From IMG/VR virus record IMGVR_UViG_3300025133_000106: a stretch of 61,666 bases of DNA; one strand, written 5' to 3'. Source of the DNA: a virus. Shown here one piece after another: positions 18,821 to 29,537 of the stretch. The notes below the pieces were generated by a model. It saw only the letters and a program-made list of their open reading frames with translations, did not search any database and was not told the DNA's origin. Position numbers and translations under genes: made by a program. How positions within the stretch are numbered: position 1 is the stretch's first letter; each line of letters starts with the position of its first letter.

Positions 18821-20083
18821 ATAACGATATCCTTTAATGGGAAGAATGAAGTGTATATTGAGAAAATCGGTTACACAGCAAATAACGACGACACCATAAA
18901 GGCAATAACAACTCTCCTACACGAATCAGGTTTCAAAAAATATGATGAATCATGTACTTTAAATGAACTACAAGAGTTATTTATAAATGCAGATAGAAGA
19001 TCCTTGTTTTTGAAGCTTGCTAAAAGAATAAATTTTTTCCCGGAGCTTAGAGAGAAAATCTTGCTTGTGCTTAATGATATTGCTGTTCATACACCGGCTG
19101 AACTTGTTTCAAGTGTATTGAGTCTCGAACTTGATATAAGCAAGCCTAGTGAATATACTATTCCAAAATGTTTATGCCCGTTAGCAGACGTCATTAATCA
19201 AACTACGGGTAACGCAGTAGGCAGATATGAAGTGTTATTTGCGTTGCTATTCAGCAATGATACACTCTATGCAGATCCAGGTGGCGCTTACGATTTTTGT
19301 GTCGACGGCGAAAACATTCATGTTAAAGATATGGATATATCAAGCTCATACAGATTAGGAAGAACGGGGACGTGGGATTCCGGCGCTGGCGTGATCAATT
19401 GTATCATCAACACATGTAAAAATGCAAACCTTAATTCTCTTGGCGTAAATGATGTCAAGAACAATATACAACTTGAAAAAGTAGTCATTGACAGATATTA
19501 CGGCGCAGCATGCGCTCTTGTATCTTCTGAGCAAGAAAATCTTGATGATTATTATCTATCATTAAAAGCTGCAGCTATAGCTTTCGAAGAGGAACTAAAC
19601 AGTGTGTTAACCGACTGTAGTACAATCGGTGATGTTAAAGGATTTCTAAGTTCAAAAAATGGTAGAGCAAAATTTTCTCTAAAAGAAGATCAGTGCTTTT
19701 ATGCAATATCAGAGGGATTTCCTAAAGGAACTATAGAGACTGGAAGATATGTTTCTGGGATATGCGAAAGAGTACACAGAAAAATTATTGATAGAGATAT
19801 ACACATTGAAAAAATGCTCAAAGTTATTAAACTAAAGATTGCGAAAGACTTTAAGTATCTAAGCGTAAATACGGGCAAGCTCTTAAAAAGAAGCAGAGAT
19901 GAACAAAGAAAAGCATCTGAGGGTAAGCGTTTTCAACTGCAATGGAATAATTCACAATCACTTAATGAACTTTGTGAGCTTCTTTCTCTAAAGAAAACAA
20001 CCCTCCAGTCAAGAAAAACAGCAGTAAGAAAAAAGTACGGTCTAGACTTTAAAGCATTCAAAAGAGTAAAGAAACAAAAATGA
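18812..20083 (+). CDS. hypothetical protein
   Basis: ORF; ATG 18812 preferred over the TTG at 18803 used by the track. Confidence 0.55.
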   Translation: MDNITISFNGKNEVYIEKIGYTANNDDTIKAITTLLHESGFKKYDESCTLNELQELFINADRRSLFLKLAKRINFFPELREKILLVLNDIAVHTPAELVSSVLSLELDISKPSEYTIPKCLCPLADVINQTTGNAVGRYEVLFALLFSNDTLYADPGGAYDFCVDGENIHVKDMDISSSYRLGRTGTWDSGAGVINCIINTCKNANLNSLGVNDVKNNIQLEKVVIDRYYGAACALVSSEQENLDDYYLSLKAAAIAFEEELNSVLTDCSTIGDVKGFLSSKNGRAKFSLKEDQCFYAISEGFPKGTIETGRYVSGICERVHRKIIDRDIHIEKMLKVIKLKIAKDFKYLSVNTGKLLKRSRDEQRKASEGKRFQLQWNNSQSLNELCELLSLKKTTLQSRKTAVRKKYGLDFKAFKRVKKQK

Positions 20084-20892
20084 AAATTGGATTAATAGCA
20101 GCGAGTTGTAAACCATTTCACGTAGGGCATTGGAACCTAATAAAGCTAGCATCTAGTGATAACGATTATGTTGAGGTTATTGTTTCGCTTGCTGATAGAT
20201 GCAAGCCAGGTGAATTTCATATTAAGGGAGTAGATATGGAGTTAGTGTGGAATGAATGTATCATGCCCAACCTTCCTCAAAATGTTAAAGTAAGCTTCGT
20301 AAAAGTACCTATTAGACATATTTACGAAACACTCGGGTTCGCTAATGAAGAGAAACTTACAACAAAGTATAGCGTATATTCTGACCCTATAGATATACAA
20401 CGAAGGTTCCCAATGAACAGCCGCGAAAAGTATTTCGGGTGGTTACATAATAATATTGGCGTAGAGTTTGTCTCTGTTGAAAGAACGGGTAAGAATGACA
20501 TATCTGGCACCCGGATGAGGGAATTTTTATCAACTGATAACAAGAAGATGTTTGTGCAGTCATTACCCAATGAGATAGATGGCTCAAGAGTCTGGCAAAT
20601 TCTTGGTGGCACTACACAGCTTAGTGTGAATGTTGTCGGTGCACTTGATTTCGTGTCCGACATGATGCCAAATTCTGAGGATTGGTTGGCGGCAAAGAAA
20701 CAAATTCTGCTTTCTTTGCCGCCCGTTGACAGAAAACAATTTACCACAAGAGACCCTAAAACTAAGAACCATTATCCCTTTAATGATTTCGAAAAAAAGG
20801 TTCGCTCTTATTGGAGAGATAAAACAGGGAAGCTATTAATGATGCCTGCAAATAAGATGATGGAAGATGCGCCTGCAGACGCCTATTTATAG
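20080..20892 (+). CDS. nucleotidyltransferase, HxGH cytidylyltransferase-like (NMNAT-like)
   Basis: N-terminal GLIAASCKPFHVGHW (HxGH motif) and ISGTRMRE (ISxTxxR-like). Confidence 0.55.
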   Translation: MKIGLIAASCKPFHVGHWNLIKLASSDNDYVEVIVSLADRCKPGEFHIKGVDMELVWNECIMPNLPQNVKVSFVKVPIRHIYETLGFANEEKLTTKYSVYSDPIDIQRRFPMNSREKYFGWLHNNIGVEFVSVERTGKNDISGTRMREFLSTDNKKMFVQSLPNEIDGSRVWQILGGTTQLSVNVVGALDFVSDMMPNSEDWLAAKKQILLSLPPVDRKQFTTRDPKTKNHYPFNDFEKKVRSYWRDKTGKLLMMPANKMMEDAPADAYL

Positions 20893-20894
20893 CT

Positions 20895-21884
20895 ATGGAT
20901 GAAACCCAATTCAAAAATAGCATACGCATTTCATTACAAGATGCACGTGAAAGAGACAGAAAAAAGCTTGTTAAAGAATACGGCGATGAATTTGGTGATG
21001 TTGATTTAGGGAATGCTGCTGATTTTAAGAAAGTTTTCATAGAACCATGGACAAACGCAACGAAGGTTGCCCTGGGCTCTGTTGCAAAGGTAAGCAGTAA
21101 AGCACGGTCCGCACTCGCTGTCATACTAAAAGGGTTACCGTCACTGATCATTCCTGGTCTTTCGACAAGATACGAAAACATTTTCAGCAATGAAGACCAG
21201 CGTATGCAATCTATAGAGAGAAAGTATGGCGCAATCATAGAAAAAGCAAGAATGGTTTTTAAAAAAGAAGGCGAATTAATCGCATTCCTACTAAACCCTA
21301 TCGCTATGCTTACCGTCAAAGTCGCCGAGGCTGGCCCTAAGGCTTCATTAGAGCTTATCGATGCACTTGCGGGCCATGATAGCTCTATAACATCGAAAAC
21401 ATCTGAGATTCGGAAAACGTTCGGGCTAGGTGAATCTAGGAGTCTTAATAGGGCACTGCTTCATGAGTCTTCTGAATCTGATGCTATTGCTGATCTTCTT
21501 AATAACAAAGAGATTACAAAGTCTATAACAAGTTCTAATTTAGTAAGAAACTTAAATTCTGACATCAAGAGTATCATTAATACAACCTTGAATGATGTTT
21601 TGGAATTGGCAAAGAAAATTTCGGGTGCAGAGACTATTGGTGATGCAGAAAGTATTCTAAAGAAGAAGATCGATACCACGCCCCTTGAAGGCGTGGAAGG
21701 TGATCAACGAGATTCTGCCCTGGGCGCTCTTTTGACGCAAGTAAAGGATGGACAACTACAATCCTTGATAGAGTCATTGACGCTTGGTTTAAAAGAGTTT
21801 AATAGTCTTGACGTTCCAGAATCTGCAGATATTATCCACGCGTATGAAAATGCAATTGATAGAATAGAATCAATGCTTAGTTAA
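20895..21884 (+). CDS. hypothetical protein
   Basis: 329-aa ORF. Confidence 0.5.
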   Translation: MDETQFKNSIRISLQDARERDRKKLVKEYGDEFGDVDLGNAADFKKVFIEPWTNATKVALGSVAKVSSKARSALAVILKGLPSLIIPGLSTRYENIFSNEDQRMQSIERKYGAIIEKARMVFKKEGELIAFLLNPIAMLTVKVAEAGPKASLELIDALAGHDSSITSKTSEIRKTFGLGESRSLNRALLHESSESDAIADLLNNKEITKSITSSNLVRNLNSDIKSIINTTLNDVLELAKKISGAETIGDAESILKKKIDTTPLEGVEGDQRDSALGALLTQVKDGQLQSLIESLTLGLKEFNSLDVPESADIIHAYENAIDRIESMLS

Positions 21885-21914
21885 CAAAACATAGTAAGTA
21901 TTGTACGATTCTTA

Positions 21915-22292
21915 ATGCTAAATAAATGGCAATGGGAAATTTCTTATGAAGAAGATGATGATGGGCAACTGGGAAATCTTCCTTTAATTCATGTTCCGCC
22001 GAAAGAGCAAATGCCTAGGTTTTTGCTTGTATGGGAAGCATGTGATACTGGACAGTTTGAGCCGGGTCCTAGCGGTGAAGATTTACCAATCGTTCACTGG
22101 GATTTAAGACAATATGCACAAATGGAAGTTCTTAAAAGCAAGTTATCAGCGGAAGCTTATGATGATGTTAGAGAAGCTTTAGGGTTAGAACCCTTAACAA
22201 AAGCAGCGATTGCTGGTGCAAAAATCTCACAATCAGTTAGAGATAAAGTCGCAGAAAAGGAAATGAAAAAATCAGCCAAAGGCTTGATGTAG
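21915..22292 (+). CDS. hypothetical protein
   Basis: 125-aa ORF. Confidence 0.45.
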   Translation: MLNKWQWEISYEEDDDGQLGNLPLIHVPPKEQMPRFLLVWEACDTGQFEPGPSGEDLPIVHWDLRQYAQMEVLKSKLSAEAYDDVREALGLEPLTKAAIAGAKISQSVRDKVAEKEMKKSAKGLM

Positions 22293-22300
22293 GATATAAC

Positions 22301-22489
22301 ATGAAATTACACTCAACAACAATCGATAGATTAATAAGCGTTTATGAAACATACGGTGGGTATAAGAATGAAACAAAGCTAAAAAATAAGTTAGCAGAGT
22401 TTGATCTGTCGGAATATAAAAGAGCGTCTGGTGAAAGTATTCTTGTGCTTTCTTCTGATCTTGCTCGGGAAGCTGGAGAACAAGGGTAG
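22301..22489 (+). CDS. hypothetical small protein
   Basis: 62-aa ORF. Confidence 0.35.
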   Translation: MKLHSTTIDRLISVYETYGGYKNETKLKNKLAEFDLSEYKRASGESILVLSSDLAREAGEQG

Positions 22490-22494
22490 CATAA

Positions 22495-22956
22495 ATGAGT
22501 GCAAACTACAACATCGGACAAGTTTTGTTCATTATACCTAGTAATGTGGCTGGTGTTGTACCTGTTCAGGTCATTGAACGCAGAGTAAGTGAGACTCTTG
22601 ATGGCACTACGATACAGCATGTCATTAGAGTTCCAAAAAAAGAATCTAAGCCCAAAGTACTTGAAACAATAAAGGGTACTGTTTATTTATCGCTCGCTGA
22701 TGCACAGGCATCAATGGTAGATAATGCAAAAAAGGGCATTGCAAGCATTATTAAAAAAACAAGTGCTGTTGCTTTAAGGGCTTTTGGTGGTACTACGCAA
22801 GAGGCTATTGAGCATGATGGTTTAAGCATAGACGACATCGGCGAAGAAACTGATGCTCAAATGTCTTTACCAATGATTCCGGTAAACGATAACATGACAG
22901 AGATTATGTTACCTGATGGGTCAACAACAAACGCTAAGGTTAATATCATTTCGTAA
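22495..22956 (+). CDS. hypothetical protein
   Basis: 153-aa ORF. Confidence 0.5.
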   Translation: MSANYNIGQVLFIIPSNVAGVVPVQVIERRVSETLDGTTIQHVIRVPKKESKPKVLETIKGTVYLSLADAQASMVDNAKKGIASIIKKTSAVALRAFGGTTQEAIEHDGLSIDDIGEETDAQMSLPMIPVNDNMTEIMLPDGSTTNAKVNIIS

Positions 22957-22990
22957 TTTATCAACGCACTTTATTTGTGTAGGTTAGTAG

Positions 22991-23149
22991 ATGGAAACAA
23001 CTAGAGGGCAGCATAGACACCAGACTCGCTGGACGATAACATACGAGCAAGATCCCGCAGACAATAATGTTTATTATGAAAAGCATACATGCGAAGTATG
23101 TGGTATCGTCTTTATTTATAACAGAGAAGGCAGCATTCCAACTGAATAA
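22991..23149 (+). CDS. small Cys-containing protein (possible zinc ribbon)
   Basis: ~52-aa ORF METTRGQHRH...HTCEVCGIVF, not in the supplied track (<60 aa). Confidence 0.3.
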   Translation: METTRGQHRHQTRWTITYEQDPADNNVYYEKHTCEVCGIVFIYNREGSIPTE

Positions 23150-23154
23150 TTCAT

Positions 23155-24219
23155 ATGGCGACTCAGATAACATTCACTAGTGACGTAGGAAAAATATCGG
23201 TCGCATCAAATTCTGACGCTTCAATTATATGGTACGTTTATGAAAGGCCGTATCTTACTGGTACATCAATCTTTGTCCAACGTGATATTAATGGTACACT
23301 AGAGAGTGAAGTTAGGCTTTTAGCAGAAGGTGAGCGCCCAGAGATTTTCTTTGATCCCATTGAAGGCACTTGGATCTTTTGTTACGTGCTTAATGAAAAT
23401 CTTTATCTTATTACACTTGATGAAAATGATGCTCCTGCAACTCAAGTCGCTCAGACTGCCACTATAATAGACAACCTGCAACTTGCAGTATTTAGTGCAC
23501 CTGTTAATGATAGCGTAAAACAACTCGAAGCCGGAAAAGTCATCGGTAATATGCCTATTCATGCTGATGCAACAAAACCCATCAGCGCTATTGCTGTTGC
23601 GGCGTCGCCGACGCCATCTTCGACAATGATGATTCGGTGGCGAGCTTTGCCATCATCATTGTCGAATCTAAATCTTAATATTGCAGGTTTTAATGTGTAT
23701 GGAAAATTGCATGGAACAGGTAAATTGGTTAGATTTAATAGCACACTCGTTCCATTCGTGAAACTTGATCCCCACATTTATGAATTTGAAATTCCTTCAC
23801 AGGCTGCGAAGTATTTTGTTACGCAAGTAAATTTTAAAGGACCAAATTCGACGCAGCTGATTGAAGGTAAAATAAAAGCGCCTTTTGACACGATTGAAAG
23901 TGACGGTATAAGTGAGCCCGCAGCTAACACATCAAGGTTAAGCTCTAGATTCAACTCTTCGATGTTTCCTAGTTCTAGAAATATAACTGTTGTAGAGACA
24001 CGCCCAGTTAATGTAATTCCCCCGACAGATGACTACATACAGACAGCCTTCGGTAAAGGAATGTTTTCGCCTGCGACGGTGGTAAGTGAATATGGCATAG
24101 TACAAGTTAAATCTGGTTCAACACAACCTATAGTTGATACTTATACACAGACGTCCTGGGGCAAAGGAATAGGTCGGTTTATTTCAGGAACAGCCTTTGG
24201 TTCAATAATTATTGGGTAA
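23155..24219 (+). CDS. putative virion structural protein
   Basis: Ser/Thr/Ala/Asn-rich, beta-rich composition; lies upstream of the giant fibre-like gene. Confidence 0.4.
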   Translation: MATQITFTSDVGKISVASNSDASIIWYVYERPYLTGTSIFVQRDINGTLESEVRLLAEGERPEIFFDPIEGTWIFCYVLNENLYLITLDENDAPATQVAQTATIIDNLQLAVFSAPVNDSVKQLEAGKVIGNMPIHADATKPISAIAVAASPTPSSTMMIRWRALPSSLSNLNLNIAGFNVYGKLHGTGKLVRFNSTLVPFVKLDPHIYEFEIPSQAAKYFVTQVNFKGPNSTQLIEGKIKAPFDTIESDGISEPAANTSRLSSRFNSSMFPSSRNITVVETRPVNVIPPTDDYIQTAFGKGMFSPATVVSEYGIVQVKSGSTQPIVDTYTQTSWGKGIGRFISGTAFGSIIIG

Positions 24220-24221
24220 CT

Positions 24222-24791
24222 ATGTCGATTACAGTAAATTCATTTAACATCAAAGGACAAGCAAGGATTAAACTTATTGATCAACGTGTGATTGATGAAG
24301 CATCAAAAATGCATCCTACATGGAAGTACGAAGATATACGCGAAGCCATTATAACAAGGGGTGACTACTCCCTTGACAGTGGGTGGCAATCTAATACGAT
24401 CACAGATCAAACACGTCGAATGATTGCCGGCGGGACAGCATTTGGTTCTTTAATCAAAGTGTTCATCCACCAAGGTACTGTACCATCAAATGTCGCACGA
24501 ACATCACTACAGCATGTTTATGACAGTCAAACACCTAGCCAGGTAAAAGCGCCAGATACAACTACACTTGATGCATCAACACTCGTACAGACAAGGACAG
24601 TACAGTTTTCTGCGCCTACTGTTGCCAGAGATATAAACATCGTCGGGTTAACTACACTGAGTTCTTATAACGCAAATGAGTATGCTATTCACGGAATCTG
24701 TGCTTATACTTTGCTTAGCAGTACAATTATACAAGGTACATCTCAAGCAGCTGATGTGCAATATCGTGTAACATTTACACTTGATCTATAA
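24222..24791 (+). CDS. putative virion structural protein
   Basis: 189-aa, Thr/Ser-rich, tightly coupled to neighbours. Confidence 0.4.
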   Translation: MSITVNSFNIKGQARIKLIDQRVIDEASKMHPTWKYEDIREAIITRGDYSLDSGWQSNTITDQTRRMIAGGTAFGSLIKVFIHQGTVPSNVARTSLQHVYDSQTPSQVKAPDTTTLDASTLVQTRTVQFSAPTVARDINIVGLTTLSSYNANEYAIHGICAYTLLSSTIIQGTSQAADVQYRVTFTLDL

Positions 24792-24803
24792 AAGGGACAG
24801 CAC

Positions 24804-27800
24804 ATGAAGGGCTATTTAAAAATCAAACTTGACGACGGGACATGGGTCTATAAACCTAATGTACTTTATAAGTACGAGGCAGAAAGAGCTTTTCGTTCAT
24901 TGGTTGCTGGAACTGCATTATCAACAGTGGCTATCGATGGCGATCTGTTGTTCAAGGGAGACCATATTCTAAATGAAGCGTCGGGCACATCACCTTTAGA
25001 GTTAAGCTACTATAATGTGCGCTTAAACAATTCAATGCCAGCCCTGTCTTCCATAGGCCAATACATGAGGCTTCGAAGATTCATAACAACTACGAACCTT
25101 GCCCCAGCGCAACCATCGCAGATCGCATACGCTCAAGGAAGAATCAGCGCTCGGGCAACTACAACGACACCCGATGCGGCTGTTTCAAGTACCGATATCA
25201 ATTTCAAGCAGATTGGTAGCGTTTTTGGACACCCCTCAGGGCGTGAGGCATTTTTTAATGAAACAGCTGTTACACCGCTCGGTGTAGGATCAGTGTTTAG
25301 CAGTGGATGCCTTGATTTTGCCACTGGCTCTAATGGCAGTCCTGCAATTTCTGGCTCCAATACGGGCGAAGAAGGTCACTATATTTACTCAATTTTCGCT
25401 ACAAAAACAGGCGATTTAAATGGCGCGGGTGATGACGCTGAGTACTACTTCATAAGACAACCATATTATGTAGGTGCTTTTGCTCCTGGTGCTGCGGAGG
25501 CTGACGGCTATACCTCTGCTGAAACTTTATCTGATCGGTATAATGCCTCGTCAACATCACGAGGGTTCGTCAACATCCAGACTTTATTCTGTGATACAGA
25601 TACTCCTGCGCCTACTCAAGTGCCATATGTCATAGATTATCCGACGCAAGCATCAAACGCAAGCTCTGTGTCAAGTATAATATCAGGTATGTGCTTTGAT
25701 GGCTTGGCTGCTGGTTCTGGATCATCACCCCGGAAATCAGGGAAGATTTGGTGGACAGTAACTGATAGGGCCACTAATGATCACGCGAATGCAACAACTT
25801 CACGATCTCTATGGGCATGGAAAAGATTTACTGGTGAGACGCCATCGAGGAAAGATGCAAGCGACTCAATATCAACAGAAGCTTTGTCAGCTTTTCCCAC
25901 ATTACCAACTAACGTCCAATTCAGAGACTTGAAGCCTGGCCGGAACGGGTATTTATATCTTGCATGTGATAGTGATGGTGATACTAATGATACAGGCACC
26001 GACGTAGGTGCGTTGATAATGATAGATGCTGCCGGTGATGCAGTGTTAAATGTTATAGGGACAACTGCAAGCGGTATCTATGATGTAGCCGGACTACAAA
26101 GCAATAATACCCTGGGTATTGCTATTGATAAGTCAGGGCTTCATACTAACGCAGCAGAGCTAGATAGAGTCTGGGCATTACATCGTGATGGATTGTCATA
26201 CATTGACGTATTTACATCGACGGGGATTATAAGTGGTTCGGTCGTAACAGTTAGCGATGCAGGCTCAGATTTTAATACGATTGACAGTGATTCTGTTCGC
26301 GGTTTAGCAGGATTTGTACCAAGAGGGTCCAGTGCGGTTAGAAATAACCATGGTACATTGATTGATGTTGATTCAAGCGGAAATGTATATTGGGTATCTA
26401 CACAGACAGCAGGTAACAATACAACAGGAATTCAGAGATTAAATAGCATACAAGGCAGCGACTTCTCACATGCATATTATAGTATGCATACAACAGCAGA
26501 AGTCAATGCTGCCGGGTTTATACATTTAGGTCTCAATGCTGGAGTCGCCGGCCAGTCTGGTTCAATTAACACGCTTATCATAAATAGAAAAGATACAGGT
26601 GATCCAGAAAGCGATGACATTTGGCTTGCAACACAGAATGGTGATAATCAATTCATTTCAAAAAATATCACACGAATCCCAATCGATTCATGGCTGTCTG
26701 GATCAAATAACATAGGCGTAGGATTTTATGGTGACACGCTCGATGATGGCCTGACTGATGTATCATACCATGTGTCCGTCGCTCCAGGTGGTGCAGCGTG
26801 GTTCTCTGCAGACACCGCATCAACAATCGGCTTGCTTGAGCCGAATGGAAAGGTTGTATCTGGATCAGGCACTGGAACATCAATGTCTTCACCAACGATC
26901 ATAGGAGGCAAATTTGTCCAAGAAGTCGTTATTCCAGCCGATGATTTTACAGAGCATCATGTTGGTAAAAGGATAGTATTGTCAACTACCTCCAATAGTA
27001 TTAATAGCGGCTCTTTTGTCGTGACTGGCGTCTTGGATAATAATACTATACAGATTGTTAATTCAGGTACATCAGAAGTGTCTAGCTTTAACTGGACCTG
27101 TATCGGTGAGGAATTCGACGCTACAGGTACTATAGGGGGAAGTCCAGGTTCTTGGCAGGCGGCTGAGGCTACTGAATGTCATGGCTACAATTGGTTTACT
27201 GATGATAGCGGGGTCGCATATATATTTAGGCCTAGAAATGGAGCTGCGATAGGAAGGCATGACCTTGTTTTTTCTACCCCAACATCATGGCAATGGAGCA
27301 CAGGATCATCAACTTGGTATAGAAGCAGAGTTCATCACAGGGCGGCTGCATCGACAAAACTAGTACACTCTAGCTCAGAGAAACTTGCAAATGGCGTCGA
27401 AGTAGCATTTTCTGGATCTGGTACTGGTGGAAGTGAATTTGTTCAAGATGAATATTACACATTCCCTGTATCAATAGGCCTTGTTAAAGACTCGACGCAA
27501 GAAATTACTTGGGGCTATGATATTTTTGCGCAAAAAACCGAATTGATAGAATCGCCGCTTGCTGAAGCCTTATCTGTTAAGACTGCGGAATCACATTCGT
27601 GCGTTGGCGGGTTTCTGGATGTTGCTTCATTAGCGTCAGTAACATCTGATGACATTTTTGTGCTAGCTGCTAGCTCATCAGCAATGCTTGCTGCATACCA
27701 GAGAAGACTACTGCTTGACGGAACAAACAACACGCAGACCATCGGAGGCAGTGGCGGGACATTAACAACAACTGCTGGATTCCAAACAGGTATTGATCTA

Positions 27801-28700
27801 CAAGCAGATATAATCACTTCAAAATTGGGGTTTGCATGGGAAGCAATGCCTGCTGCAACATATGCAGATGTTAAAATGGACTTATACAGCGCAACTGACG
27901 CTGCTGGTTCTGGCAGCTGGACTCTACGTTCATCGTACCAGTCTAATGAAGATCATCCAGCATGGAACTTGCGAACCGATGCATTCCATGATGACTCCGC
28001 TGCAAATGATTCATTTGCAACGTCACCTAACGAAGTTGTTATTGATTTAGAATTATTAGGTGGAAGTGGATCATTCGGCACAAATAGTGCCAGACGATAT
28101 TGGAAACTTGCTTTTTACCAATGGCAGGGCACAGCAGCTGTAACACCTAATATGGCTGGTAATTTCGCCTTGAACGCTGCTGGTGACAATATCGGATATA
28201 GTGATAATCAAAGGTTATTGACTGCTAATGATACCAACTACATGGCAAACCATATAGTCAGAGCCGTTTTCATTCAAGATTCAGGAACATCATTTTCAAC
28301 TGGGCCTGCTGTAAATCAGGTTACTGCCACAGGAGGTAATACATTTGCGACTGGATCATTTGCAGTAAATGATTTATTTAGGGTAGTCGAAAGTAGCATC
28401 ATCACTGACGAACATGTTATTGCTTCCGTCGATTCTTCAACGCAATTAACTCTTGCAACAGCAGTTAAATTAGGGAAAACGAACGAAGCCTGGGAAATTG
28501 TTAGAAATGCTGATGTCAGACCAAGAGATGATGAGGGCGGCTCTGAAGATCAGGCAGAATTCCCTCCTTCAGGTGGCGCTGGCGTTGGGCAAGTTTATAT
28601 ATGCCCAATAACCGGACATATATTCTATAATGATACAGATATTACGAATAATAGACTGTTTAGAACCGAGAGATATATTAAGGTGAAGCGAGAAATCTAG
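24804..28700 (+). CDS. large (1298-aa) Gly/Ser/Thr/Asp-rich protein, likely tail fibre or other virion structural protein
   Basis: Composition and size typical of phage fibre/receptor-binding proteins; no enzymatic motif seen. Confidence 0.5.
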   Translation: MKGYLKIKLDDGTWVYKPNVLYKYEAERAFRSLVAGTALSTVAIDGDLLFKGDHILNEASGTSPLELSYYNVRLNNSMPALSSIGQYMRLRRFITTTNLAPAQPSQIAYAQGRISARATTTTPDAAVSSTDINFKQIGSVFGHPSGREAFFNETAVTPLGVGSVFSSGCLDFATGSNGSPAISGSNTGEEGHYIYSIFATKTGDLNGAGDDAEYYFIRQPYYVGAFAPGAAEADGYTSAETLSDRYNASSTSRGFVNIQTLFCDTDTPAPTQVPYVIDYPTQASNASSVSSIISGMCFDGLAAGSGSSPRKSGKIWWTVTDRATNDHANATTSRSLWAWKRFTGETPSRKDASDSISTEALSAFPTLPTNVQFRDLKPGRNGYLYLACDSDGDTNDTGTDVGALIMIDAAGDAVLNVIGTTASGIYDVAGLQSNNTLGIAIDKSGLHTNAAELDRVWALHRDGLSYIDVFTSTGIISGSVVTVSDAGSDFNTIDSDSVRGLAGFVPRGSSAVRNNHGTLIDVDSSGNVYWVSTQTAGNNTTGIQRLNSIQGSDFSHAYYSMHTTAEVNAAGFIHLGLNAGVAGQSGSINTLIINRKDTGDPESDDIWLATQNGDNQFISKNITRIPIDSWLSGSNNIGVGFYGDTLDDGLTDVSYHVSVAPGGAAWFSADTASTIGLLEPNGKVVSGSGTGTSMSSPTIIGGKFVQEVVIPADDFTEHHVGKRIVLSTTSNSINSGSFVVTGVLDNNTIQIVNSGTSEVSSFNWTCIGEEFDATGTIGGSPGSWQAAEATECHGYNWFTDDSGVAYIFRPRNGAAIGRHDLVFSTPTSWQWSTGSSTWYRSRVHHRAAASTKLVHSSSEKLANGVEVAFSGSGTGGSEFVQDEYYTFPVSIGLVKDSTQEITWGYDIFAQKTELIESPLAEALSVKTAESHSCVGGFLDVASLASVTSDDIFVLAASSSAMLAAYQRRLLLDGTNNTQTIGGSGGTLTTTAGFQTGIDLQADIITSKLGFAWEAMPAATYADVKMDLYSATDAAGSGSWTLRSSYQSNEDHPAWNLRTDAFHDDSAANDSFATSPNEVVIDLELLGGSGSFGTNSARRYWKLAFYQWQGTAAVTPNMAGNFALNAAGDNIGYSDNQRLLTANDTNYMANHIVRAVFIQDSGTSFSTGPAVNQVTATGGNTFATGSFAVNDLFRVVESSIITDEHVIASVDSSTQLTLATAVKLGKTNEAWEIVRNADVRPRDDEGGSEDQAEFPPSGGAGVGQVYICPITGHIFYNDTDITNNRLFRTERYIKVKREI

Positions 28701-28792
28701 CAACATTTCTGCTGATGGTGAAATCTATGATATCCCTAAGAGTGAATGTATGTTAATTGTTTTATGTTGTATAGACAAGCAGGAAGGTTAAT

Positions 28793-29032
28793 ATGGCTCA
28801 TGGGTGTATAAGTAGCCCTTGCACGATCTGCTTCCCTTCAGGTGACGTTGTATATCCGCCTTTACTAAAGTTTGGTGATCTTGTTGAAATAAACCATTTT
28901 GGTGATCAGACAATCGCCATTTTTTTAGGGTGCAGGAATGACGGAGCGTATCGGTTCTTTGCTGGTGGCCCTATATTGGTTTTATCTCCAAGAAATTGTG
29001 TTAAAGTTATAAGCAGTATTAATAAATCATGA
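28793..29032 (+). CDS. small paralog family protein (KFGDLVEI motif)
   Basis: Shares the h-x-F/L-G-D-L-V motif with ORFs at 29100, 29324, 37435, 37673, 46503, 60723. Confidence 0.4.
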   Translation: MAHGCISSPCTICFPSGDVVYPPLLKFGDLVEINHFGDQTIAIFLGCRNDGAYRFFAGGPILVLSPRNCVKVISSINKS

Positions 29033-29099
29033 TATGAGTGACTAAAGTGGCGTTATAAACGAGTGTATTTTATTCATTTAATATTTTATAATTAAATAA

Positions 29100-29324
29100 A
29101 TGGATTTCTTCTTTGGCGATTTAGTTGGAATATTACCTGTTGGAATCGGGGCGTTATTTGGTATATATATAGAGCGTTTTCGTGGCTGCGTCTTTGTACA
29201 AGAATCATACTCCACAGGTTCATGGGTTGATGCAGATCAATATAAGCTTATGATTGAAGGTAATCTGTATAACATTCCTGTACATGATGTAGATTTAGTT
29301 TTGTTGACTAGGCTGAGTGAATAA
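29100..29324 (+). CDS. small paralog family protein (FFGDLVGI ... YNIPVHDV)
   Basis: Paralog of 29324..29518 (both end in LYNIPVH(D/Q)V). Confidence 0.45.
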   Translation: MDFFFGDLVGILPVGIGALFGIYIERFRGCVFVQESYSTGSWVDADQYKLMIEGNLYNIPVHDVDLVLLTRLSE

Positions 29325-29518
29325 TGCAGTTAAATTTTTCATTTGGTGATTTAGTTGAACTTAAACTTTCTAAACACGTAGATTCCGAATGCGGTATTTA
29401 CGTAGAAAAAACACTTTATGGATTTGTTCCACACCATGCAGTTATGATTGATGGCTATATTTACAACATTCCAGTTCATCAGGTCTGTGTTACTGTAATT
29501 GCTAGTTTAAAACTATAA
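29324..29518 (+). CDS. small paralog family protein (FSFGDLVEL ... YNIPVHQV)
   Basis: Paralog of 29100..29324. Confidence 0.45.
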   Translation: MQLNFSFGDLVELKLSKHVDSECGIYVEKTLYGFVPHHAVMIDGYIYNIPVHQVCVTVIASLKL

Positions 29519-29537
29519 TGTAGTATACTTAATAGTA

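Noticed and set aside
20780-21319. 179-aa minus-strand ORF
   Set aside because: It overlaps two tightly coupled plus-strand genes. Every convincing gene in the window is on the plus strand, and no motif or RBS support was seen. The same applies to the other minus-strand ORFs in the track (for example 32609..33160 and 33173..33580 inside groEL).
25099-25360. Short ORFs on both strands inside the 1298-aa gene
   Set aside because: They are fully embedded in a long, continuous, compositionally consistent ORF.
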